A stretch of DNA of 64,000 bases from Marsupella aquatica (Eukaryota; Plantae; Marchantiophyta), in assembly GCA_973895155.1 (NCBI GenBank), contig OZ316896.1, forward strand, positions 20,448,754 to 20,512,753, in the 5' to 3' direction. Position numbers and translations under genes: made by a program. A model generated the notes under the pieces. It saw nothing but the letters and a program-made list of their open reading frames with translations, was not told where the DNA came from and made no database searches. Each line of letters begins with the position of its first letter. The first letter of the stretch is position 1. This document shows, piece by piece, positions 11,838 to 22,820 of the stretch.

Positions 11838-11850
11838 CGTTATCAGCACG
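11838..11850 (+). other. Primer-binding site complementary to the tRNA-Ile anticodon arm (half-tRNA primer)
   Basis: Immediately follows the LTR. Reverse complement CGTGCTGATAACG matches the tRNA-Ile(IAU) anticodon stem-loop, as recalled for Bianca/Lyco copia lineages. Confidence 0.65.
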
Positions 11851-14707
11851 TACGAACTCTCCAAGATTGAGCATGGCTATAGCAAATTAAAAGCATTGAA
11901 ACAAAATCAATTGCCCTATGCAGAAATGCAACAGCATAGAGGAATTTGAATACTACGCATCATAATCTAGAGCAGAAGAGATGGAAGGAGAGATTTTATT
12001 GTAAGCCGATAGAGAAGGACACGCAATGGAGTCTCTTGGCTTTGGGCAATGAAGCTTTTGGGGCATTTGAAAGATTACCAATATTTGAAAGACCACCTTG
12101 AAAGAGCAATTTTCAATTTGCAATTGATAGATTGCATTGACCCCTCACGGCCAGAATAAGAGTTAAACAAGAGAAAAGGCAGAAATCAAGAATGGAAGCA
12201 GAAAGAAAAAGAGGATGGATTAAAAACACCAGGAAGTACAGAGCAAAAGACAGCTGGATGTCAAAGTAATTGCATGCCAAAGAAGCCAATAACCACAACC
12301 TCGCCCAAGACCAGATCCAAATAAGCAAGAGAAGCAAATTTGTGGGATACGAAGATTTCCTTATCAGCTAGAAGAATCAACGCTCCTCCTTGCAGATGAA
12401 TGGAATTTGGTCGATGACTGTGGGAAAGATGATCTAAGGAACACAATTAAAGATGGATCCGAATACTGGAATAAAGCCAATGATTACAGATGCCTGCGGA
12501 AAGAAGGATTAAGGACCTCAAAGCCGGACCTTAATAAAAATTTGCAAAGCAAGCAACACAGTCCAGAGACGAAGGCAGGAAGTGTAAATCCCCGGATGGC
12601 CCATAAAATGCGAGAGAAGAATCGCCCATAAGAGAGCCCTGGAATTATTGACAAACAAGAGCAAAATGGAACGAGAATTAGTGAGAAGAATTGAATGAAC
12701 GGAATCCTGGCATAGCAGCAACTGTCCAAGTAGATGTTCACACCCCGATGATATATCGTGGAGCCAAAATTGAAGCGTAAGGGCTTAAGTACATATCAGG
12801 CGAACGAATTCGGGAGAAAATTACAGCAACATAGATCACTCCAAACAAACTAAAAGAGACGGAAGAAATGCAAGTGACGCATTGAAAAGAGGGGAAGCAC
12901 TAAGCCAACCCCGAATTCCAATTTTTTTAGCAAAATACTTTCAAAACAAAGCTTGAGAAGGCCAACACATGGGACCAGAGAAGCCAAAGGGGAGTTCCTC
13001 CCCAACTATTGCATGTTAATACACAGAGATTTCCTTTCATAAAGAAGAGTATTAACTAGAAAAGGAAAATAAATATTTGTTCATAAAAGAAATCACACTA
13101 TTTCTTATGTCCAAAAAACTTATAAATGCCTAACTTGCCCACCATGACATTTCATACAATGCCAAAATTGATTTAAGGAACAAACATATCATGAAAACGG
13201 AAGGAAAGACATAAGAACGAAAAACACTTATTGGAAATTTCTCCACGCAAGAATTGCCCGATAATATTTCATAAATTCAGGGGGAGATATTTTCCCCATA
13301 GTGCCTACTGCACATAAAAGCTCTGTGCCTACTGCACATGGAAGCAAATGGGTGCCGATTGCACACTCACACATAAAGGAAAAATATTTGATAACTTGAG
13401 GTAGAGACCTCATGAAAGGCTTGGCCCCAAGCAATAGAACCCATGGGATGTGCCTACTGCACAAGTGCCTACTGCACAAGTGCCTTTTTCGCACCAATCA
13501 ATATTTAACAATGGAACTATATTCTATGAGTTGGAACCATATGGCCAATTCTGAAAAATGAAGAATCTTTATACACGATTGGACAGGATGTTCACACATT
13601 CACTCACTAATATTGGATGACATATCATGACTACTAAATTTGAAAATAAAATAGACCTTATCATGATATGGTATCATATGATCATATGAGGTATGGTATC
13701 AATCAGGTTATAAGGTACCATAAGGTGAGATATGGCATGGTAAGGCACCATGAAAGACGGTGTGCCATATCTTAATAGAATATCTCTATGATATGGATAT
13801 GGTATATATTATGGTGTGACCAGGTTATGCCAACACCCAATCTAGGATTGGACACTCCAAACAACTCCAAGGCCAAGGATTTCAACCCACCATATCATCT
13901 TCATCCTGAACTAATACCAACATTGTTTTTTCCTTGCATGTAATCTATGAACATGAAAGGAGTCTCCATTACCAGCATGGAATGAGACGCATGATGCAGT
14001 CAACTTTGCAAAGACCAACCAAGGAGGATCTTCCACAAGACCATAGTATTGACATAGACATTCACTACAACACTACCGACCCCTTTTGCGAACCCCGTCC
14101 CATCGCAACTAACAAAGGACCAAATTATGAAATTCCGGCGTTTGCGAAACGCTACGCATCGCAACCCTTTCGCATTCTTTGAAACCCACAGCTTCGCAAT
14201 CGGACTTTCGCAACCCCTTCGCAACACCTTCGCACACTGCGAAACTTATTTTATCGCACATAAATCACATTTATGCGATCTCGACAGACTCTTTATCGGT
14301 TTGCGACGCGCTCTGAACTATAACTTATTTGCGAAGCTGTTGTCTTGACAATTCCGTTGCCATTCATATGGTATCGCATAACTGCGTCAGTCAGGGTGTC
14401 GCACAATTGCGGAACCAAAAGTATCGCAATGTTCCAATACTCAATGTATGGCAAGTTTGCGATAGTATGGCGTTCACATGTGTTTTGCAAGGATAGTTTG
14501 AGGGCTGGGTTTTGTATATTTGGGTTCATAATTGGGTTGGGGTCTTATTGCTCCACATGAAGATACCAAAGCAAAACTTTATATATGCCAAAAATCCCTG
14601 AATGTACAAAAATTAGGGTTTTCTAAAACCCTATGGGGTATCAAATACCAAGACACTGTCCTTTGACTAATCCATATGCCATATGGAGTGAACTACATCT
14701 GCATCCT

Positions 14708-16743
14708 CTAGAATGGAGCCCGCCTACTCCTCTTTGCTGGCCTCTTCCCCTTGTCCTTCTTGCTTTGGGCGGGATGAGCTGGACGGGAGGGGGGTGGTGG
14801 TGGTGGTGGTGGCGGTGGTGGTGGTGCCTGCTGCTCCTCCCCATCTGGCTCATCCTCATCATCGTCATCATCCTCATCATCATCCTCCTGGTCTCCTGGT
14901 GTGCTAGGTGTGGCAGCACTCCCTGCCCCTCTGGACCCACTCGTGGTGGCCCCGGTAGTGTCCCCATCATCAGCGCCGCTATCCTCCTCACTGCTATCCT
15001 CACTCCCCTCCTGCTCCTCCTTATCCTGCTTCCATGTCACAAGGTTAATTCGGGTTTAGGGTTAATAGGAAAAATGTATAAACCTTATAAATGGAATGGG
15101 TGCGGGTTTAGAAAGGGTACTACAAATCACTCACACTAGCCAACTCTGCATCAACCAACTCAAAGAGATGTCTGGCCCCATGCTCTGCCCCTATCTCCAT
15201 CTCCTTTGTTGTTATCTTGCGGCGGTACCTCTTATACTACCACAAAAAAATGAAACACCAAAACATAAGGGGCCCGGGTTAGTAACTAAGGGTACTTAAG
15301 CAAAAAAGGAATCCTAAAAAGGGTAAAAAGGGTACCCTAACCAGAAAAAACCCCATTACCCTAACAAACATTTGTCACTCGACACTAAACGTTTTTCAAA
15401 ATGAAACAAGCTTTGCGAAACTCCCACCTTTGCAAATTCAAATATATTTAAGTTTGCGAAATAGACTGCGAATCGGATTGCTTCGCAATGGCTTCGCAAA
15501 CCTTATGGGAAAAAGGTTATAATAGAGTTTGCGAAACAATTGCGAGGCAACCCGCTTCGCAATTGTTTCGCAAACTGTGCTTTTAAAAAAATCCGAGAAA
15601 TGGCTAAGGCACGCAATGTGTCAGGGTGACCTAAAACGAAAGGGGAGGCCATAAGGGGTAAAGCAGAGGTCTGCGAGGGGCATTGCAGGCAAGCAAACAA
15701 CAATTGAAGGCAAAGGAAAAGAAGCAGGGGAGGAGGGGAGAGGACTCACGAAGGTTGCTTTCAGGCCGGGAAGTCTTGTGGCGTTTGCTGACTCGGTCTG
15801 CTGCAAGGATGAACTTCTGGGGTGGTGTCCCCACTTCATCCACAATGTGCTGCAGCTGAGAGACCTTCTCAGCCAATGCCTTGAGGTCTTTGTCTGACTT
15901 CCCGGCCTGAAGTGCCTTGGCCTCCTTCTCCTTCCAGAATTGGAGGTCCTTGGCTGCTTTCAGCTGCACCTCGACCTTATAGAACGCATTCCACACATCC
16001 TTTGTGAATTGCACTGGCCTCCTCACGTTCCTGTACTCCTGCAAGCTTGCCAGGTAGGCCCTCACCTTCCTCCTATCATGGTATCGTGCTTGAGACATTG
16101 AATTCGAAATTCTATCTGCAAGCCACTGGTCATCAATCTCTGCTCCATTTCTGAATGAATCTTTGACCTGAGTCATTACTTTCCTCTGCTCTGCTCTGCT
16201 TAGTTTCCCCCACTCAACACCTCGTGCAAAGCTAGTCCTCACAGCAAGCCTGATAGTGCTCTTTGCCCCAGTGTAGGCCAACTCAGTAGGAATGCCCTCA
16301 ACCAAGGCAATCAATGGCAGCTTCTTCCTCTCTTCCTCCTTTTTCCGCTGTGCCTCACGTTGTGCTCGAATCTCATCTCGTTCCTCCCTTCTCCTCTTCT
16401 TTTCGAGGGCTGCAGGAGAGAGTACTCCTGCCTTAGCCCTCTCCTCCTTCTTTCGTTTCTTCTCTCTGGCCTTCTCCTCAGCTGCAGCCTTTGCCTCTTT
16501 CTCCCTCTGAGCCTGCCCTGCTGCAACCCCGGTTTGCAAAGCTTGCCCTAGAATTGCACTCAAAGAAGCAATCCCAGCTGGTGTACTCAAATCCAAATGG
16601 CTCAGCTGTGTGGCATTGAGATGCTCGGCCATCAAATTCGTCCATTGATTACTCTCCTCATTCCTGTTCCCTCCATTGCCATTGCCACTCCCACTCCCAC
16701 TTGCCCCTGCCCCATCCCCTCCACGCCCTCCACTAGAATCCAT
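14708..16743 (-). CDS. CACTA second ORF (TnpA-like accessory protein), multi-exon
   Basis: Long exon 16743-~15750 with a charged coiled coil and a helical W..L..EQ..V...F...W domain, ending at a GTGAGT donor. Short exon ~15236-15135 (YKRYRRKITTKEMEIGAEHG...). Acidic, Pro-rich terminal exon ~15040-14708. Divergent from TnpD inside the TIRs. Confidence 0.6.
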
Positions 16744-18109
16744 AGCTATCCAACACCAAGCGCGCGCAAGCTCTCCTCCTGCCCTCCCTCACTTCAAAAA
16801 ACGTCGAATGGGCCTCGTAACCCGGCGGGAAGGTCCGAATGCCTAGACAAAACACATTTGCGACGCAGTCCGCATCGCAATTTGCGAATCAGCCCGCTTT
16901 GCAACTAGTATCTCAACTTTCCAAAACCAATGCGAAACCACACGCTTCGCAAAGCCTTTGCAAAGCTGTAGAGACGCGAAAAAACGCTCTCGGGCTCTGT
17001 TTTTCCGAAGCTATTGCGAAACATTTTGCTTCGCAAATAATGTGACCAAATTCTGAAGCAGGTTGCAAAGCAGGTCGGTTCTCAATATCGTGGCAATTCC
17101 TGGCGAAATTTTTTTTCACATTCTTTCCCTCCTCCTTTTGTTTAGGCCATGTAAGTTATACTATGCCCTTTTGTGTAATTAAGAAATTCCGCCGTTTCAA
17201 ATCCCGACGTTTGTTAGGGTTGGGTCTTGGATGAAGCTGGTTTTTTTAGGGGTTAAAAGCGAGATTACCAGTCAAACCTTCCATTTTTTAAGCTATACAT
17301 GGTGTGGGTGTAGGCTAATTTTGATAAGAGTTGGGTTTTGGTTTAAAATTAATAAGTGAGGAAAGGGTTTAGGATTAAAGTTGGGTTTGGGTTTAGGGTT
17401 TAAGTCTTTAATTTTGGGTTTAAGCAGGGTTTGCATTTATGGTTGTAGGCTTTTAGGGTTCAAGCAAGGGTTTAGGGTTTAAAACAAAAGAGAGGAAGGG
17501 GATTGGGAGTGAGGGTCTAGGTTTTTGTAATAGGTCAGAGGTTTGGGGGTGAGGGTTTGGAAAAAGCAAAGCAAGGTTAGATGAGATTAATGTTTTAGTT
17601 GTTTTACCATGGGTTTTATGGGTTTTAATGGGTTTTATGGATCTTTTGGGTTTTGATGGTTTTTCCATGGGTTTTATGCTAACAAAGGAGGAGGAGCTAT
17701 GACAACTTGCAGGGTGCAGCACTTTTGCATGAATTGATACTAGCTAATGCGTATGCATCGTGAGAGCCCGGGCATCTGGAGGTACGGACTAAAATAGATG
17801 GGTCTAGTTAGGCTTATTCATGTAATTAAAATTTTTGGTTCCCACTATCTATAAAGAGGACATGTATGTAAGGTGTTCACTTTGTGTACTTGCAGCTTTT
17901 CTCATACTTCCAGATTCGGTTCATTATTTTAGAGCCACAAGACCTATTGGCACCGCTGAGCCTGGGTCTCAGAAAGGTATTTTTTAGTGTTCCTTTTGTG
18001 TTTGGTTTCATGTCATCATTACTTGAGAACTTACATTTGTCCAGCTTGATATTGTGATGTTATTTGGTAATAACCCCTAACTTGCAAATTATACATCTTT
18101 GTAGGGGCA

Positions 18110-19260
18110 ATGTCTTCATCTTCTGAGATCTCCACCACAGATTCTTCCTCCTCCGATGAAGATATACCACCTCCTCCTCAACCTCACACGACTGCACCTC
18201 CTCCTCGTGGTCCACCCCGTCAGCTTTGCCAATGTGCCAAATGCGTGGGTCAGGTTTCCCAAAAGTCCTATATATGCACCTAGCATATTGAGAGATATGG
18301 ACGTTACAGACGTCATACAACAGGGGCTTCCTCATCCCATGTGGTAAGTGTTTACGCCTTAGTTTCTACCCTATTTCCACATCGCAATGGTGAAGGTTTT
18401 TAATTTCACACCTCTTGTTGTTTGTTTTGGTGTGGGTGGAATAGGTATCTAGTAGGCCTAGACCTGCGGCATCAGCACCTTATGTCCCATCACAAGGTGT
18501 TCTAGATGCTATAGGCAATGCATTCTCACAAGCCTTGGGTCTAGCAACAGCCCCCTCCAGTCCTAGGGCAGTTGGGGGTGAGCCTGTTGTCCCAAGAGGG
18601 AGAAAGCGTTCCAAGAGACGGCCCCGAGGGGATACTGATTTGTACAAGGCAGTGGTTACCGGTAGGTGGGGTGATTGTGAGTTTACTGGCAGATGTGTTC
18701 CTATCATCAAGGACTAGGATCCCCAGACTCTTGGTTTGCCACAAGAGCTTTCCTATGGTGAGGAGGTAGAGGTTTGGGGAAGACGTTGGGTTATCAAACC
18801 TTCCACACTTGGGGATAGACATGGCTATGGAGTTTTTGCTTGTGAAGACATCATTGTGGATACCGAGAGTGGTAGTGGTGGACGCGGTCGAGAAGGACCT
18901 ACGTTGTTTCCTTATGGTGGACCCATCTACAAGAGAAGACATTGGAACATGATCCTTGCACAACATCCTGAGTGGAAGACTTATGCCTTGGAGTTAGATA
19001 CTTTTGATGGAAACACTAGGAGGTATAGTGAGCAGCGGGTGATAGATGGGGACCCCATACGAACTAGGAATATAGTTGGTTTCATAAACAGTACTGTGGG
19101 GACTCGCCCCAAGCGTAGGCAAAATTGTGAGTGGGTTTTCATTGAGGGTCCTCCACCAGCCCCTTATGGCCAGACATATCATCATGACCATTGTCTGGTT
19201 GTAGCTACTAGGACCATTCACTCAGGTGATGAGTTGTTTACTCACTATGTGTGGGATTAG
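18110..19260 (+). pseudogene. Zinc-binding exon plus SET-domain (lysine methyltransferase-like) gene inside the CACTA; two in-frame TAG stops
   Basis: Exon 18110-18343 encodes CQCAKC...C.*H...YG. Exon 18445-19260 encodes IKPSTLGDRHGYGVFACEDI, YGG, IDGDP..NIVGFINST, NCEW and VVATRTIHSGDELFTHY, the canonical SET motifs. Stops at 18281 and 18715. Confidence 0.8.
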
Positions 19261-22200
19261 AAAATGACCATACACATGGTGTTTGGCCACATTTTGTATT
19301 TACACCAGTACCGATATTATTTCATGTTTGCACACCCCCATATATTCTTCTACATGTTGTAACTATTTGCTTTGTAACTTTCAATTGTTTGCATTGTTTT
19401 TAGAATGTGCGACCCTCTCAAAATATGTTACCGCGGAGATTGAGAGCAGCATATCGGGAAATGGGTATGCCGGAAGAAGGACAAGGCTCTGAGTCACATT
19501 CCTCATCAAGTGACAGTGGAAGCAACAACCCTGATTGCAATGTACCCAGAACATATGAACAGGTTATTGATGACCAAGATAGAGCCATGGATGATTTTAT
19601 GGTTGATTGGTTTGGTGTTGACGTCCCTAGTGATGATGCTGAGGTGTCTGCTGATCAAGGAGGTCATGTGCCCCCCAATGATCCACGACCAAGACATACC
19701 CCCGAGGGACAGCGCCAATGGGAGGAAGCAGAGGAACATGCCCGAACTCCTATCTATGAGGGTGCTCGTTTGAGTCGTCTTTATGCTATCTTGGGGTTGA
19801 TGAATCTACAGGCCAAACACAAGGCAAGCAATGCCTTGTTATTTGATATGTTTGCACTTTGCCATGACCTTATCTTACCTTCTGGCAATGTGTTGCGAGG
19901 AACTTGGAAGGAGGCCAAGCGTGTTCTCTCATCAATTGGCATGGAATATCATATCATTCATGCATGTGTGAATGATTGCATGTTATTTCATGGGGCCGAT
20001 GAGAAGAAGACACAGTGTACTGAATGTCATGAGCCACGGTATGACCCCAACATGATTACAAAGAAGGTGCCAAGAAAAGTTGTTCGTTGGTTTCCCATCA
20101 TTCCTCGGTTGTTGCACATGTACAGGTGTTCTGATTTGGCAGAGTTGATGGTATGGCATAAGACTCATCCATCAGAGCCTGGTGTTATGCGGTTGCCAAT
20201 TGACTCTCCTGCAGTCAAACATATTGAGGAAACATGGCCAGACTTTGCACATGATCCTCGTCATGTGAGGTTGGGATTGGCATCTGATGGGGTTAGTCCT
20301 CATGCCCTTGGAGGCAAGGGAAGACCTACATCAGTTTGGCCTGTGGTTGTGATGAATTACAACCTTCCACCATGGCTATCCATGAAGAAGGGTTCCTCTT
20401 GCTGTCTTTGATTATTCCAGGTCCAAAAAAGGTGAAGAACTTTGACACTTATTTGGCACTATTGATTGGAGAACTCCAAAAATTGTGGGGTGGAGTGTGG
20501 GCATATGATGGCAGGAAAAATACAGGAGGCATTCCACGTGTATTTAAATTGAGAGGGGTAGTTTGTTGGACAATGCATGACTATCCTGGTAAGATGACTT
20601 TTTGACCATATGCCACCCTTCTTTGATATGCTCTTTAATATACTTGTTTGTCATGTGACAACCCTAACATTTAGTCTGGTTTTATTTTTGGTGTAACCAG
20701 GGTTTGGCTTTGTCTCTGGATTGCAAACTCAGGGGTACAAAGCTTGCTCCACCTGTGGTCCACAATTGCAAGATATGGCAATTTGGTCCCCATGGCTTAG
20801 GAAGATTGTTTACATTGGGCATACAAAGTTTCTTCCGATGGGGCATGAGATGAGGTCTGACCCACTTTTATTTTCCTCCTTTGACATGCCCCTTGGTGAT
20901 ATGCGGGAAATTCCGGAACCAACAACTTTTGGGCATTGGAAGTCACTAGCTGATAGGGTGGCAGACCCTGATGATCCCCTCACCTTTGATGGTACTGGGT
21001 TGACGAGGTGGAGTATACTAGCCAGTTTGCCCTATTGGTCAGAGTTGAAGATCCGCCATCTTTTAGACCCCATGCACATAGAGGGAAATGTGGGGAAGGC
21101 GTTGATAGCTCATTTTTATGGGGAGAAGGACACTAACTTCAGGGAGGCATGTGAAGAGTTGGAAATGCATCCAGATGTATGGGTACAAGTTGATCCTACC
21201 ACAGGTTTGGAACATCGTCCTTCTGCTCCTTGGGTGCTTAGTGTTGGCCAAAGACGTGAATTCCGGAATCGTATAGGGGAGATGCGGTTTCCTACAGGCT
21301 ATGGTGCCAATTTGAGGAAAGCTTTTGGGATGGAGTACAATCACAAATGGCCACGGTATCTCAAGATACATGACTATCACCGCTTATTGCAGCATATATT
21401 GCCAGTGGCAATTATAGGGTTGGGGACCAAAGAAGTGCAAGATGCCATTTGGTCATTGGGTCGTTTGTTGAGATGGATATGCTCAAAGGAGATATATGTG
21501 GAAGAGATTCCTGGAATGGAGGTATTGGCTGCTGAGGTGGTTTGCAAGTTGGAGAAGGCCCTCCCTCCTTCCTTCTTTGATTGTCAGGTTCATTTACTTG
21601 TGCATCTTGTGAGGGAGGTTGCCATTGTTGGTCCAGTTCATTGTCGATGGATGTACTGGCTTGAGCGTTACATGTCAGTCTTGAAGGCTTATGTACGTAA
21701 CCGTGCACAAGTGGAGGGAAGCATAGCTACAGGATACTTGGCTGCAGAGAGCATGTTTTATTGTAGTAACATCTTGGCCACCATTGATCAGACTTTACCA
21801 CGTACTTGGATGGAGGAGAGGCAAGAGGAGGAGGACTGTTTAACAGGAGCAACAAAAACACGCATGCTTACATCAACAGAGTGGACACAGTTGAATACAT
21901 TCATGTTGAGTAATAGCAATGTCATGGATGAATGGAGGGAGTTTTATGACAATGCCAAAAGAATGAGTCAAAGGGCAAGGATTTTTCCTAAGTTGCATGA
22001 GTTTATGAAGGAAAAGTTGGTTGAGTTGGATGGCATTTTGGCACAAGGAGGAGATGTCTCACAGTTTCCTACTATGACAGATGACATTCGGACCATTGTT
22101 CATGGCCCTTTGAGAGTGGTAACATCCAAGACGGCCATGTGGACCCAAGGGAGACACTTCAAGTTTCACTAGTTCCTAACCTTGTTTTCCATATTCATGT

Positions 22201-22820
22201 ACTACTACTTAAGATATAGTAATCATTTTACTTAAGATAAGTGTGTTTTTCTCTTTTGGTATGAAAGGTTCCTCATAACATGATTAGTGTTTTTTGTGTA
22301 GTAGTAACAATATATGGGTCTTGTTAATTTCAGGATTTCTTCCCTTGATGAGAAGAGGGCTCGTACTTTTGATTGTGGAGTTCAAGGGCAGTTTTGTCAG
22401 GACTCCTGGAGTAGCCGACATGACAGGAACATTGTTCGTGATGTTGTGCCACACTATGGGAAGATAGAGGAGATTTTGGTGGTCTCATATGACAACCAAT
22501 CTAAGTTTGAGGAGTATGTCTTCAAGTGCAAGTGGTTCAAAGTGAACCTTGTTGGTAATAATCGCACTGTACTCCAAGATGAGAGTGGGTTTACACGGTT
22601 GAGGACAAGTGCCACTAGTTTTCAAGCATCTCATTGGCAAACGTCAGAGCCATTTACTTTCCCATCTCACTTGGAGAAATGTTTCTACGTTCCATACCCC
22701 TTAGACCCAGAGTGGTCACTTGTCATCACATATGTGCCACGGTCTCGTTCCATTGTTTCAGACAAGCCAGACACTATTTTTGTGTCAGATGTAGAGGACA
22801 TTGAAGGTGACCAAGTGTGA
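18110..22820 (+). pseudogene. tnpD: CACTA TnpD transposase (Transpos_assoc, Transposase_21, DUF4218, DUF4216), frameshifted
   Basis: Exons 18110-18343, 19404-20588, 20701-22162 and 22334-22820. Motifs IHACVNDCMLF, VRLGLASDG, YNLPPW, HDYPG, LDPMHIEGN, HLLVHL, WMYWLERY, YGKIEEI and FKCKWF. 1-nt deletion near 20392 and a TAG at 18281. Confidence 0.9.

Noticed and set aside
12113-14062. gag/pol coding remnants in the LTR element interior
   Set aside because: Only short ORFs are present. HGMRRM faintly recalls a copia RNase H end, but no RT or integrase motif is recognisable.
14633-15139. Trp/Leu/Ile-rich 'membrane protein' ORF
   Set aside because: It is the antisense reading of the acidic and Pro-rich trinucleotide tracts in the CACTA ORF2 last exon.
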